A stretch of 57,790 nucleotides of DNA, the filler included, from Sphacelaria rigidula (taxonomy: Eukaryota): the NCBI GenBank assembly GCA_964200075.2. It is 4 parts of 4 records of this genome, joined end to end, with 100 filler letters (N's around TTAATTAATTAA, not from the genome) between each part and the next. Parts side by side here need not be neighbours in the genome. Positions count along the whole stretch, not along the records: positions 1 to 14,375 come from CAXNAA020002284.1; positions 14,476 to 28,849 come from CAXNAA020002285.1; 2 more parts are not named here. One strand, written 5' to 3'. Numbering within the stretch: position 1 is the first letter of the stretch; every line of letters starts with the position of its first letter. The position numbers and the translations under genes are program-made. A model generated the notes under the pieces. That model was not told the origin of the DNA and did not search any database. It was given only the letters and a program-made list of their open reading frames with translations. Shown piece by piece: positions 12,348 through 23,977 of this stretch.

Positions 12348-14205
12348 TCACCAATTAGCCCTAGACGAAACCGTTCACATGTCACACGGCCTTTCATGCT
12401 TGCCTAGCCCTTCCTGCGGCTGAATCGCGTGTTTCTTCGGTTGTGCTATGCGATTTTGGGCCGGTGTTTTGGCGGCGAAGCTCTGCACAACACAAGTGAT
12501 TCATCTCCAAAGCGCACTGGATGAGCAGTCAATATGGTCTACTGTTTATTGTACCCGTGTCCGGTAGCGCACATCACAGTTCCATCAATCTTCCATGACA
12601 CTGTTCCCTCTAGATTCACCAGTAGAGTTCACCACTTGGTACAGTGCGTATGAGACTTTCCGCCTTAGATTCAGTGTGGATACTGAAATCTGGATCTTTA
12701 TCGGGGGCGATGCTCCCAGCGTGCGCAGAACGCGTTTTCATCTAAATCGGCGCCTGCGGGGCCGGTTCGAGGTCTCACAACGCACACTTTGCCAAAAAAA
12801 CACGTTGTACCCCTGCCTGAGGGTTCTCGGTATGCCTTCGTTGAGGTGGGAGGGTCAGGGCCCTTCTTATCCGAGGGGATTTTCCCCTTCTTCAAAATTC
12901 CCTTTTGACAGGGGATTGGCCCCATATCTATCACTTCTGAGTCTTTTCGTGAGGCAGTTTTAGACAGATCGAACCTCAGATCTGCACGCAGGTTCAGAAA
13001 TGCGGTGGTTCTGGAAGTGGTCGTTAGTCCAAGGTCTCTGTAATGTTTCAGACAAGACGCAACATGCAGCCCCGAAAAATCACGCAGAGACACCCACCAC
13101 TCACGCGCATTTGTTCCACCACTAGCCCTTGCTAGTCTATACACGGCAGCCTTTGTTTGACGGAAACCCGTTCTGTATTGGATGAATGTCGGCCGCGTGC
13201 GTGTCAAAAACAAGCGAAAACGTGTCGTTGCTGACCGTTTTGTAAGCGTGTCCCGTGCGCGCGTCTCACATAAATAATCATTTCCCAATGAATTCAGAAC
13301 ATGTTTGAGCAAGGTCACGCACAACGTGCATAGCTGATGAGCAGCTAGGGCTCAAGCTGTGTATTTTTGGTTTGCTGGCGCAACAAGTCCCTCAAGTTTA
13401 GCTCTGGTGGTGTTGGGTTATGTGGTAAGCCTTTGCATGTGCCCCTGTCAACGGGACATGTATGTTCTCCTTCGAGGTGTCCGCACAAGGGGATTTTCAG
13501 GAAGTGCTTTTCACACGTCGGACGAGTCATAACTCGTCGACACTAGTGCAATCGTTGATGTTTTTTTAAAACACAACGAGCTACTACTATCGTCTCTGAT
13601 CTCTCACTACTCGTCGCGTCACCGACTTCCTTTCGTCTGCGTGACTTTCCACTGCCAGCTTGAAAAAAAAAGGAATGTACTATCTTGATTATTCCAAAGC
13701 TCAAAATTCTATGCTGGCTTACTTCCCATCCATGTATAATGAATGCACGATGACATGATGAAGAGAAGAGAGCTGCCGCTTCATGTATTCAGCGGCACAG
13801 GAAACCCAAGGTATCAAGGTAAAGTGCGTTGCGTGTATAGGGTTTCGGTTTCGTTATCTAAATAGTAATGTCAGGAAAAGGGGTGACCATCAATCCCCGA
13901 GGAGGAGCCTTCTGGGATCAGTTCTAAAATGTGTAGCAGCAAAGGCACCCCTGAAGTAAAAGGAAACTGGGAGCAGCTTTTGGCCATCACGCCCACCCCA
14001 GCAAATATGAGGGGGGAGTACGTGCCTTGCGCTGGCGAACAGGTGTTGAAGCCAATTTGGGAGCGCGAGAGTCATCTCGACCCGGTGAGAACACCTCCCA
14101 TACCGCCACGAGGCCTCATTTCATCCCCAATCAGTGCTAAACGGGGTAGCAGCAAAACCAGGCGTGACTTGAAGGAAGGCGGTAGCAGATTTCGGATTGA
14201 GAGTA

Positions 14206-14375
14206 CGAGCTGGGCCAGCTGACAGTCATTTTTGAAAGAAAAGTGGAGATGCGATTGCCAATTCGGACAGTTAGACCGGATGTTATGGCAAACAGATTTC
14301 TGGCTCACGGATTGTTCACTTTTGGGACGTTTGAGCCACCTTTTGACCCCCAAACCAAGAAACCGCCAACACACG
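14206..14375. mobile_element. One end of a mariner-type MITE related to 1728-2446, cut by the contig end
   Basis: TA|CGAGCTGGGCCAGCT is identical to the 1728 terminus. Confidence 0.6.
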
Positions 14376-14475
14376 NNNNNNNNNNNNNNNNNNNNNNNNN
14401 NNNNNNNNNNNNNNNNNNNTTAATTAATTAANNNNNNNNNNNNNNNNNNNNNNNNNNNNNNNNNNNNNNNNNNNN
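14376..14475. other. Artificial contig-joining spacer
   Basis: 44 N + TTAATTAATTAA + 44 N; the linker gives stops in all six frames. Confidence 0.98.
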
Positions 14476-14885
14476 TCTGACCTTGCGCCTGTGGAGGCGG
14501 GGCGTGGTCAATGGCCAAACCCCGAAGGCAAACAACAAAGGCCTCCCCCCCCCCCCCCCGGTATCGATCGAAGGCACTTGCGGACTGTACTTCCCTCGGG
14601 GTTTTGTCGCATACTGGCAAGCCTCCTCAAACCTCATTTCATCGATCAACCTCATTTTATAGAATCCCCTGTTTCTTGATGAGCTGAGTTACAGATGGCT
14701 CTCCCGACATATTCATCTGCCTCACGCTACTAATAACACTATTCTCTTCACACCTGCAGATCTTTTGGAAAGATCAGGGTTCTCGGACTCTTGTTTGTCG
14801 CTGCTGTGGCGACCTTGATATGACACCTCCTCGCTCGTGCTGACCGACGTAGTCTTGACTCGAAGGATGGTGACCTGAAGACCTC

Positions 14886-14990
14886 GGTGGTCGCGAATCG
14901 AAGGCACCTGTTGGCCTGTGTGGTCACGAACCGAGGCTGATGGCCTGTTGGTCTATGTGGTCGCGAATCGAATGCTCAAAACCTGTTGGA
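14886..14990. repeat. Three-copy degenerate tandem repeat (~33-37 bp unit)
   Basis: GTGGTCRCGAAYCGA...CCTGTTGG occurs three times. Confidence 0.7.
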
Positions 14991-15794
14991 AATTATTCGC
15001 TGGCACTGCACTGTCTCACTGGACAGTTAAGCAGAGGCTTGCACTGTAGCGGTAAAGCTACTTGCAAGGAGCAGTGTAGTAAAAACAAGATAGTATAGTT
15101 CGGCACTTCTGGCCTACAATATCAAACAGCCTCTTTTGCAAGAGAGAGCTGTGGAAGCAAAACCGGGTTGCTGGGGACAGAGAGAAGCGATGGGCGAGCG
15201 AGAGCAAGCCTCAATACTTTTCACTCTCTGGAAAAAACCAATGCTGTACGTAAACCAAAACATCTTGAAACGTACCCTATATTACCATGAAAAAGGTACA
15301 GTGAAACGACACATACATGGTTTACAGTTTCACCTGAACCGTAACAAATAACATTCAGTCGTGCCGCTTATGCAGTACAGTAACTTGCAGCGGCGATTTC
15401 AATCACACACAAAGAACTTAGACGGTCCTGTCTAAATTTGCAACAATAGCTCCACAGGCTATCCCCTTGTACTTGTAACACTGCACTCACGCTGTCTAGA
15501 ACGCCCGCTGGGTTGCGGCGGGTGCGCATCTCCCGTTGTTCATGGACGCCCAGGACTCGCCAATCTTCTCTGCATGCACTCCCGGATGTTCAATTTCCAA
15601 GTGTAGCTTTAACACTCCCATCTCTGCCACCGCGAAGGTCAAGAGTGGGGCACTCACCTCCTGTGGATGGACAAGAGCACGTCGACCAAACGCAATTCTC
15701 AAGACAGGTACACATGTAAAAAATAGTAGCATTTCCCAATTAACGAGTTGAGTCGTTTGGTTTACGTCCGACAGTACAAAAAATGTGTTGTGTG

Positions 15795-16180
15795 GGATCT
15801 GAAAATAGTGAAAAGAGTCGCGTTGGGCAACCGTAGTGCTTAATATAATCGTGAACCAATATGTCGGCCGTTCCGGCGGCAGTGAAATCTGCGGCGGTCA
15901 GTGAAGCGTAAGATGTAGGTGTTGCCGCGGCCTGTGGTCGGTAGAGGGCCAAAGTAGTCAAAGGACACTAGGTGGCCGGGCTCGTCGGGGAGTCCCATAG
16001 AGATGACGGGCCAGCGTTTTGTCTGTCGTGAAGTCTTTCGGGGTTGGCATTTGAAGCATCGCCGAATCCAGAAGCGGGTTGAAATTTCCATGCTAACCCA
16101 CCAGTAGAAGTGTTCCAAGAGCACGAGGGTGCGGGTGACGCCAAGGGGACATGACAAGTCTGTGTGGCAGCCTTTCATGA
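15795..16180 (-). pseudogene. Gypsy integrase N-terminal zinc finger and start of catalytic core, truncated
   Basis: CHTDLSCPLGVTRTL...FYWW...CFKCQ, then SFDYFGPLPTTGRGNTYIL...FTD. After a frameshift, TADILVHDYIKHYGCP..LFSD. Homology stops after the second catalytic Asp. Confidence 0.85.
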
Positions 16181-17149
16181 CTCAGGGGCGCATTAATAGT
16201 GGCACATATGTGCGCGTTGGGTCGTCATTGAGTGGTCGTGCTGTTCGTCCCGTGGTTGAGGCGGCAATTGTGCCTGTCAAAGGCGTGGGCCGACGCACGA
16301 GTAGTTGCACACCTTCATCCGTAGTAAAAAGGGTGTCTTTACGCACGAGCTCGTATACGTCATATATAACTGGTGGTGGCAATGTGCCAACCGGGGCCAG
16401 AAGTGTGGATGGAATGGGAACTGGACAGTCGAGTTGTTAGTACCGAATGGCTGCGCGACACAGCGGTTCTGCGTTTTGTTCGCGAGCCCAGTCGCGGTGG
16501 GTGTAGCTGGCGAGAAACTCGCGTAGTTGACCTTCCACTGGCGAGCCGACCAAACATGGTGGGGCAGGCGACGGTGAAATTGGCGACGGGGAAGAGATGC
16601 CGACGTCAATATCTGTCCCGGAGGCCGGAGCTAAGTCGTCAGCGCCGTGCTCGAGAGCGGTAAATGTTGGCGGTGCCGTGGTGGGCGGCGGGACTGTATC
16701 AGTGCGCGGCGAAGATTCTCCGCGGCGCGTGGTGCACGGTGCAGACGTTTTCGCGGAGCGTTGCGTGTTGGTCCGTGGAACTTGTGCTGGGTGGCTCGTA
16801 GAGGTTGCAGGTGTTATCGGTGGCGGCGGGGCACTCGGTGTGGTGCGGGCGGCAAACCAGGAGCGCGTGTTGTCGGAGATAAGGTGGGTGACTGGAGGTG
16901 TCTCCGGGAAGAGTTTCACGCGGGTACCGAAATTGCGGAAATCGACAAAATCGGAGGTAGTGAGAGGTAACCCACCCAAGACGGCGTCATATGGTAGAGG
17001 GCGAGGCCCTCCCATATGCATACCGGGTTCTGGGCACTGGGGGTTCAGGGCGTAAACGGGCGTTGAAAACGGTCTAATCGCGTATATTCCGGGTTCATCG
17101 GGTTCCGTTAAACAGCAAGCCGGGCTGGAATCTGCGGCCGTAGGCGGCA

Positions 17150-18690
17150 GAGGTACGCGAGAAAGAAGATCAGCGTTCCCGTTGGTTTTGCCTGGACGGT
17201 TCTTAATGGTATACTGGTATGCTGTTAGAAACTCCAACCATCGTTGTACACGCGGGTTTTGTTCGCCAACCTTGGCGAGTTGTCCCAGTGCCCCGTAATC
17301 TGTATAGATCTCAAAGGGCACGTGAAACAGATATTGTCGAAGGCGCTCAATGGCCCAAGTGATTACTTCGCCTTCCGGTTCTAGCGGGCTTCAATTGGCC
17401 TCGTTGGGCAAGGTAGCGCGCCTGATATGGAGGATGGGTCGGACGGAGCCATCAACCTGAGGTTGATTCAAAACTCCTCCAAATCCGTTTGTGCTGGCGT
17501 CAGACACTTTCTACGATAGCCCCCCCCCGAAACGTGCATGATTTTGGGAGGCAAAATCTTCACGTAAATCGGAATGGGAAAAGCCGAGCACAACGAAAAG
17601 CTGGGAATTCTCACGCTCGAGTTCATTCTAGCCAATGTCGACAATATGAGGCGCTTCATGCAGCCTGAACCCGAACATCAGGCGCTGGTTGGTCCTTTTT
17701 TTCGTGACACTTTTAGCTGGTTTTGGGGGGGGGCTATCGTAGAAAGTGTCGTCAGTGTGGGGTTGGAAAAGGCGGGAGCCATCTTGTACTGCCTCCCAAT
17801 CAGGAAAGCAGAGGTACGGCTTCTCGGTGAGCGTCTTGAGTAATTCGCGGGCGATATTCTTCATTTCGGTTGTGAAGGAAAACACGGCTCCTTTCTTGAG
17901 TACCTCAGTAAGGGGGCGAATCCGTTTAGATGAATTCGGCAAAAATTTGGGGTAGTAGGATAGACCGCCCAACAATGAGCGAAGTTGAGAAATGTTAGTT
18001 GGCATGGGCAAGTCAGTCATCGCCTTGACTTTGTTTGTATCCGGATGCAGGCCTGCTGGTGAAATGGAATGCCCCAGGAAATCCAAGTCAGTCGCACCAA
18101 GGCGAGGTTTGGATGGAGACAGTTTCAAATCGTGTGTGCGTAGGCGAGAGAGAAATGCTCGTAGCGTGCGGACGTGTGCAATAGGTGAGGCATCGAAAGC
18201 GATAGCATCATCCAGGTACGTGATGATGTGCTCGAGGCCCTCGGTGACGTGTTGCATTAAGCGTTAAAAGCATCCCGGGGCAGTGGCGGCGCCTTGTGGC
18301 ATCCGAAGTCACTCATAGAGTCCGGACGAGGTACAAAACCCCGTCAGTGCGACTGTGTCAGGGTGAATAGTATTCTGAAAAAGTACACAAGCGAGGTCGA
18401 AGGTGCTGAATATTTTGTCTTCGCCTAAGGAGTCGAAGACTTCATCAATGCGGGGAATTGGAAGTTCACCGACTACAGTGACACGGTTCAACCGTTGATA
18501 ATTCACGGTTATACTCATGTTTCCATCCTTTTGGGGGACGACCACAAGGGGCGAGGCCCAAGGAGAGGAGGAATGTTGTATTAATCTCGCTCCCAACTAC
18601 GCATCCAAGATGGCGTTAACTTTCTTGGTAAGAATCGGGTTTGTTCGGTATGGGTGAGAAGAAATCGGCGAGACACCGGGTTTGAGGGTA
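17150..18690 (-). pseudogene. Gypsy reverse transcriptase and RNase H (disrupted)
   Basis: SSSPWASPLVVV, NYQRLNRVT, FSTFDLAC, GLYE*LRMPQG, YLDD (18207-18218), FLGH, LRSLLGGLSYY. RNase H reads HTD|ASTNGFGGVL, FEIYTDY, RVQRWLEFL, NADLLSR. Confidence 0.92.
17503..17750. mobile_element. 248-bp MITE with ~30-bp TIRs and exact 4-bp TSD (GTCA), inserted in the RNase H TDAS motif
   Basis: GACACTTTCTACGATAGCCCCCCCCC at the left and GGGGGGGGGCTATCGTAGAAAGTGTC at the right. GTCA at 17499-17502 and 17751-17754. Confidence 0.92.
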
Positions 18691-18693
18691 CCC

Positions 18694-20907
18694 TCAAAGG
18701 GCAGTGCTTTGCAATGCCCAATCCATCTTGGATCGGGAAAGTCGGTCTTGGTACTGTAGCAGGACATCACTGAGTCCTCGGGTGACTGCCGGTTCCCAGC
18801 CGGGCCCATGAAGACCAAAATTGATGTCGCGCATGTGTGGCGGCAGTTGGTGCCACATGTGCAAGAAAATATTCCGAGAATCTGGTGATAAGCGTTGAAG
18901 CACTTCAGCAGGAGGATCGGAATTTGACTGGGCAGGATCCACGGTGTGGACCTGGGGTGGAGTCGCAGAGGCGAGGTCGAAATAGGGTTCATCGACACAA
19001 CGGACTGACTCCGCCGGAGATGTGGCCTTTGGCGCGGCAGGCTCTGTTACGCACGTCTCGAGTGGGATGTGCATCAGGGAAGCAGCGGCGATTCCTAAAG
19101 TATCGCCGGGTTCCATGTTAGCATGACCCGTAAGAGGGAGGAGTTGTTGTCCCGCCGACACACAATGTTCTGCGTCGGCTGGTGCACCAATACTGGGTGA
19201 TATTTCGGCAAGATAATGACCCGTAAGTGCTGGCATGCCATTTCGGCGAACTTGTGCAACTTCTAGGAGTTGCGGGTCGTCGGAGAGTGTAATACCAACG
19301 CTACCGTTGTATCGTAGGTGGTAAGTAGCTCCGGTTGCTTGAGGATTCTTCTGGTGGGCCAGGGCGCCGTGGAGAGTACCAAAGTGCTCGAGATTGAATT
19401 CTCCACGACGCGTGGAATGTGGCGTTGATGGTGGAAGCGTGCGGTAGGTGCGTTTATTAAACCGCATATGGCTATCTCTGCCCAATAGTATGGCGTGATG
19501 CATTGTGCTGTCGGGGACAATGTATGCCCAGACTGCCAGGCTGGCAGATCGAGTGGTGTCGTGAAAGAATGATACACTGAGGCGTACGGATTTACGTGTC
19601 GTCAGTGATGCGGCAGAATCACCGAAACCGTCCCACACGCGAGGTTTGGTGGTGGTTTCCCAGGCTGCAGTAGCAGCGCCAGTCTGTTTCATGCGTGTCC
19701 ATGTTGACTCTCGAATAAATGTTTGCGGGCTGCCGCTGTTCAACAAGGATACGAATTTCGTAGGGATGATAGCGTTTGGACCGGAATGGATCGCAACGCG
19801 TGTAGTGAAAGTCGCCGGATCTACAGACACTTTGCCGCCGACAAGATCCGGACCGTGTTCCGTCAAGGTAAATTGGTCAGGACCAGCGGGGCTGACAGCA
19901 AAAACGCACGGCGGGTGATCCGCCGGTGGGTCAGATGTCTCACCAGAGAAGGGGGTGGGCGGTATATTATTTCCAGGTGTGGCGCGGTCAGAGTGACCAT
20001 TGGCAATTTCGTAAATGATGGTCTTTGGTTGACAGGGATCACCGTCCGAGGGGGATCCAGAATGTGCGGGGCTGGAGTAGTCGGTTGAGGGAATAGTGCC
20101 GTCAGAATTATTTAATTTTGTTTCTTCCGCGATACTTGATAAAGCCGTCGAACTCAAAGTCGTCGCATTTTGGAGAGATTGAAGTCGAGGATTTCCGCTC
20201 GAAAGAGGTGTACGTGATGGCGCGCGCGCGTCCTTGGGGGCATGCAAAGGTCGGGAAACTTCCAAAACATTTTGGGATGAAACCACAACTGCGTCCAGTG
20301 GCGTGAATGGGGTCAGCATCGGGGCATGACAGGGCGAAACTTGTGGACTGCTTTCCGTAGGCAAGCTTGGCTGTTGGGTCATAGCCGAAGATATGTCGGG
20401 GCGGTTGTTATTAGAACCGGCCGAAGGTAGGTCCGTTCGTGTTGAAAATCGCGAGGAAGGAGCTCGATCCAACTGATTGGGAATGACATGATCCGACATG
20501 GTCAAGTTCAAATCAGCAACACCTGGGTCAGCTGAATAAGGCTTGCTACTACCTGTGCGTGCGGTCGCTGAGGGCAGCCTTCGCCTCAGAGACTGGCGGT
20601 TAGTCCCCCCACACCTCAGATTTATGCTCGGCACTGAAGGACCAAGTTCAAAGTCGGGTGTAGGTCTGAGTCGCGGGGTGACACAACTGTTACGCGGTGT
20701 GTGGAGGTGTGAAGACGGGGGTCGGTATGAACGGCCGTCAGTTGCACTCCTGCATAGTGCCGGGGGAGCCAGGCGAACAATCTTAGTCGCGGGCTCTGCG
20801 GGCTGTGTTGAAAAGTGTGCGGAGGTTGAAGACGGGGGTCGATTTGAACGGCCGTCAGTTACGCTCCTGGGTAGTGCCGGGGGAGTCGAGTGAGCAATTG
20901 TAGACAC
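18694..20907 (-). pseudogene. Gypsy Pol N-terminal part: Pro/Ser-rich linker, aspartic protease and post-protease region
   Basis: 737-codon ORF with SLLNSGSPQTFI (D of DSG replaced by N, ~19715-19749) and AILLGRD (~19471-19494). Confidence 0.8.
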
Positions 20908-20940
20908 GGACTCCGCGGGCTGTGTTGAGAAAGTCTGCGC
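20700..20940 (-). repeat. Two-copy 117-bp (39-codon) in-frame tandem duplication
   Basis: GAAGACGGGGGTCG at 20711 and 20828; the peptide PPALxRSxTDGRSxRPPSS is repeated. Confidence 0.85.
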
Positions 20941-21210
20941 TCGTGCTGTCGGCGGCGTGGAAGACGGAAGAACGCCGGCGTCGGCACGTCATGGATCTAG
21001 GCGATCCGTAGTGAAGGTACCGGGGTTTCTGGTGTTGGGATTTGAGCTTTGTGTCGGTCCCGTCCGCTGGTGTCTATCAGCGGAACGTTTGTTGTCGCGA
21101 GAATTTTGGACGTTCTGCCGGGGGCTTCCGTGATTGTTGTTTTGTCGGCGACCGCGATTACAGCTTTTGTTGCCCCATTGGTTCAAATTGTTACGGTAAT
21201 TTCCATTAGG

Positions 21211-23974
21211 TTAGCAGTAGTCGCGCGTGAGGTTTTGCCATCGGCGCCACGCGGGTTCATTGTCCTGCATTTCAGGGTTCATGAGATCGAAAGTATTGAT
21301 GCATGGACTGTCGCAGTTGCGCATGCTGTGGCCTTGAGCACTACAGTTGATGCAACTGTCGGCATGACTGCTGAAGGCATTGCGTCTAGCGGAGGATGAA
21401 AGAAGTGGGTTCCACAAATGGGGGTCATCGGTAATGCATGCCGTTGTTGAAGTCAAATAAACATCATCCCAAGTTTCCTCGGAAAACGGCCAACCATCAA
21501 AACTCGCGCTAAATGCATCTCTGGTACTCTGAACATGCCTACCTGAACCAGCGACCGAGTCGGGGGTCCATGAAGCGTGAGACGAGCTCGAATTCCTGCC
21601 GCGAGTCCCTTGGGCATGTGTGGAGGACACAACCGTAGGTTGTGAACGCACAGACGTAGAAGATTTTCCACGTATGGCGGGCGTTAGATTGCCCTCTTGG
21701 TGTACGAAAGCAGACCACATAGTATCAACGGAGACGTAAGGCACCTCGCGCTGCGCCAAGACACCCGGAAACAACCACGGCATCAGAGCCGGATACTGTT
21801 GAGCAACGCTATTGCGAACGTAAGTCTCACGAATTGCATCGCTCGGTCCGTTCTGGCGTCCGACACCCGTCGTACCCGAAACCAAAAGCTTATATTCACG
21901 GAGATAATCCGCGAAGGGGACATCAGGTGCGACGACAAAATAACTCAGCCTCTTGATGGCGCTGGCTTGGTCACTTTTGTCGAAGTAGCTGATTAAACGT
22001 CTCTCCAAATCAGATAGCAATACTAGACCTGTCTTCACCTAGGCACGATCCGGATCCATTTCTGTGGGGAAGCCGTCGAGGATCTGTGCCAAAGAAGCAG
22101 CGATGTCGGGAGAGCGGCGGCTGATGGATCGATGCAATACTTTATGCAAGGGGGTCTGTCAGCCCTCTACCCAGTCGGAATCTTCGAAACGTTGTGTGCC
22201 AGTCGCATCCGCCAAGTGAAGGATGTTACAAACAGTGCGGCGAATGGACGTGATAAGGGTAGAAGTAAACTGGCCCGAATTTTCGTTATCCGCAGCAGGC
22301 ATGGTTTTAATGTGCCAGAGGTTTCTCACATCCATATGAATATACTGTCTCTGTATTGCAGCTACTCGGGTAGACTCAGCTCTATCGGAAGCTGTTTTTT
22401 TGCTAGCTTCGGAACGTTCTTTGTCAGCCGCAGCGGTTGCTAAGGCGCGAGCTGCAGTAGAAGACAAAGGACGGTCAGGTGTGTCCGTATCGGATAAATC
22501 TAAAAGGCAAGCCGAAACATCAGCCAATTTAGGAATCACTTGCCTGGGGGTCGCCGGACCCGAGGGGGGAAGGTCTGTACCAGATCGGTTCCAGCTAGTT
22601 GCGGAAGAACCGGAAGAGTTACCTCCGGATTTCTTGCGGGGCTGGTTGCGGGGGTTGCGAGGCGGGTGATTCGGTCCGGAACCGCCCGAAGAAGATCCTC
22701 CATCGCCATGGCGGCGGCGTGAATTTCCGCCATCGTTGTCGTCGTCATCGCGCCGGTAGTTTCTCTTCTGGCCCTGGCAATTGGTGGTTGCGAGAGTCCA
22801 CCCATCTTCATCTTCGTCTCCGTCGGCGATGGTGGCGCCGGGATGAGTGTTGTAAGCTGCGCGGAGCGCCGCAAAAAGCTTGGTGACAGCGTCAACGTAA
22901 GTCTGGTGATCCGAGTGATCGCCGATGGTCGTTTGGAGGCCCAGTTGGCCCAAGGTAAGCACCGATACGCCATCTTTGGGGAAGAAGCCGCCCTGGTCCA
23001 CGTAAACGCCAACGGCGTAAAACATTCGCTTCGAAATAAGGGCCCATGCGCCGCGGGAGCAATGAAGGTGGTTGCTGCGATGGAAGGGACCTATATGGGC
23101 GGCCACGGAACGAGGAAGCCACTCTCGTTCGTGGGGCGCCAGTTGTAAACCTTGGGCAGGGGCGGCATCCGCCGCCGAGCTAGCTCCACGAGGTGGCGGT
23201 GTTGGAGCCGTCGTGGGGGCGGCAGCGGCCGCAGCATACGACGTCTTGTCGGACCTACGTGGTATTACGTAAGTAGACATGTTGATCGTTGGCTGGCGAG
23301 GCGGACGGGCACTGAGCAAGTTGCTGGAGGAAGGCGGAGAGGCTTGATGGTTGGACAAGCGCGCCACCGACGTAGCCACTTCTTGAGCCGTCCGTCGGAC
23401 ATGATCTTCCAGCTCGCGCACCCGTCTCTGAGCCGCCATGGCTGAAGTACGACCTTCTTGAGGCGCCCGTTGGGCTGCCGTGCTCGTGCATTGAGCGTTG
23501 GAGGCCTGCCGCTGAAGATCCTTTTGTTTCTCAGCTTGCTCCTCCAGAAGGAGGCAGGCAGCGGCGGCGTCAGCTTCGGGTTGCTGGTCGAGGGTGTTTT
23601 GGGCGAGTGCTGGGGCTTGAGAGGCGTAGTCATCTGAGCTGTAGTTGCTGCGCGCGGGGGCGGTTTCTGAATAGCCTCAAGGGGAGGCCAGTCGGGCAAC
23701 GCTCGTCGCCGAGCGGAGGGAGACCCTCTACGGATGGGGGCGAGTGCACGGGGGCATCGTTGATCGGGCCAGTGGTTAGACCACTGTCGGGTTCTGTGTC
23801 AGCCGTAGACGTGGCGGTGGCGGTTGTGGGAGCCGTCGCGGGGGCGGCTGAAGGCGCAGCGGCCAAGGTAGCGGCGGCGGCAGCGGCAGGTGTTGCGGCA
23901 GCAGTTGCCGCAGAAACGCCGGTGGGCTCCGTGGTGATCGTGGCGGCATCGGCAGTGGATCTTGTGGTGTCCAT
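21211..23974 (-). pseudogene. Long Gag region in broken ORFs (23630-23974, 22159-23439, 21211-22038)
   Basis: Capsid-like segment (FADYLREYKLLV) and zinc knuckle CINCSAQGHSMRNC (C-X2-C-X4-H-X4-C) immediately upstream of pol. Confidence 0.75.
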
Positions 23975-23977
23975 TGT

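Noticed and set aside
14420..14431. TTAATTAATTAA palindromes inside N runs (also 28894 and 43367)
   Set aside because: Identical synthetic linkers, not biological sites.
14870..14902. Hammerhead-like CTGAAGA/CTGATGA cores (also ~13334, ~25082, ~53490)
   Set aside because: No properly placed GAAA or flanking helices found by eye.
14886..14990. Three ~35-bp repeats as a mini CRISPR array
   Set aside because: The units are contiguous and degenerate with no unique spacers; no cas genes; eukaryotic context.
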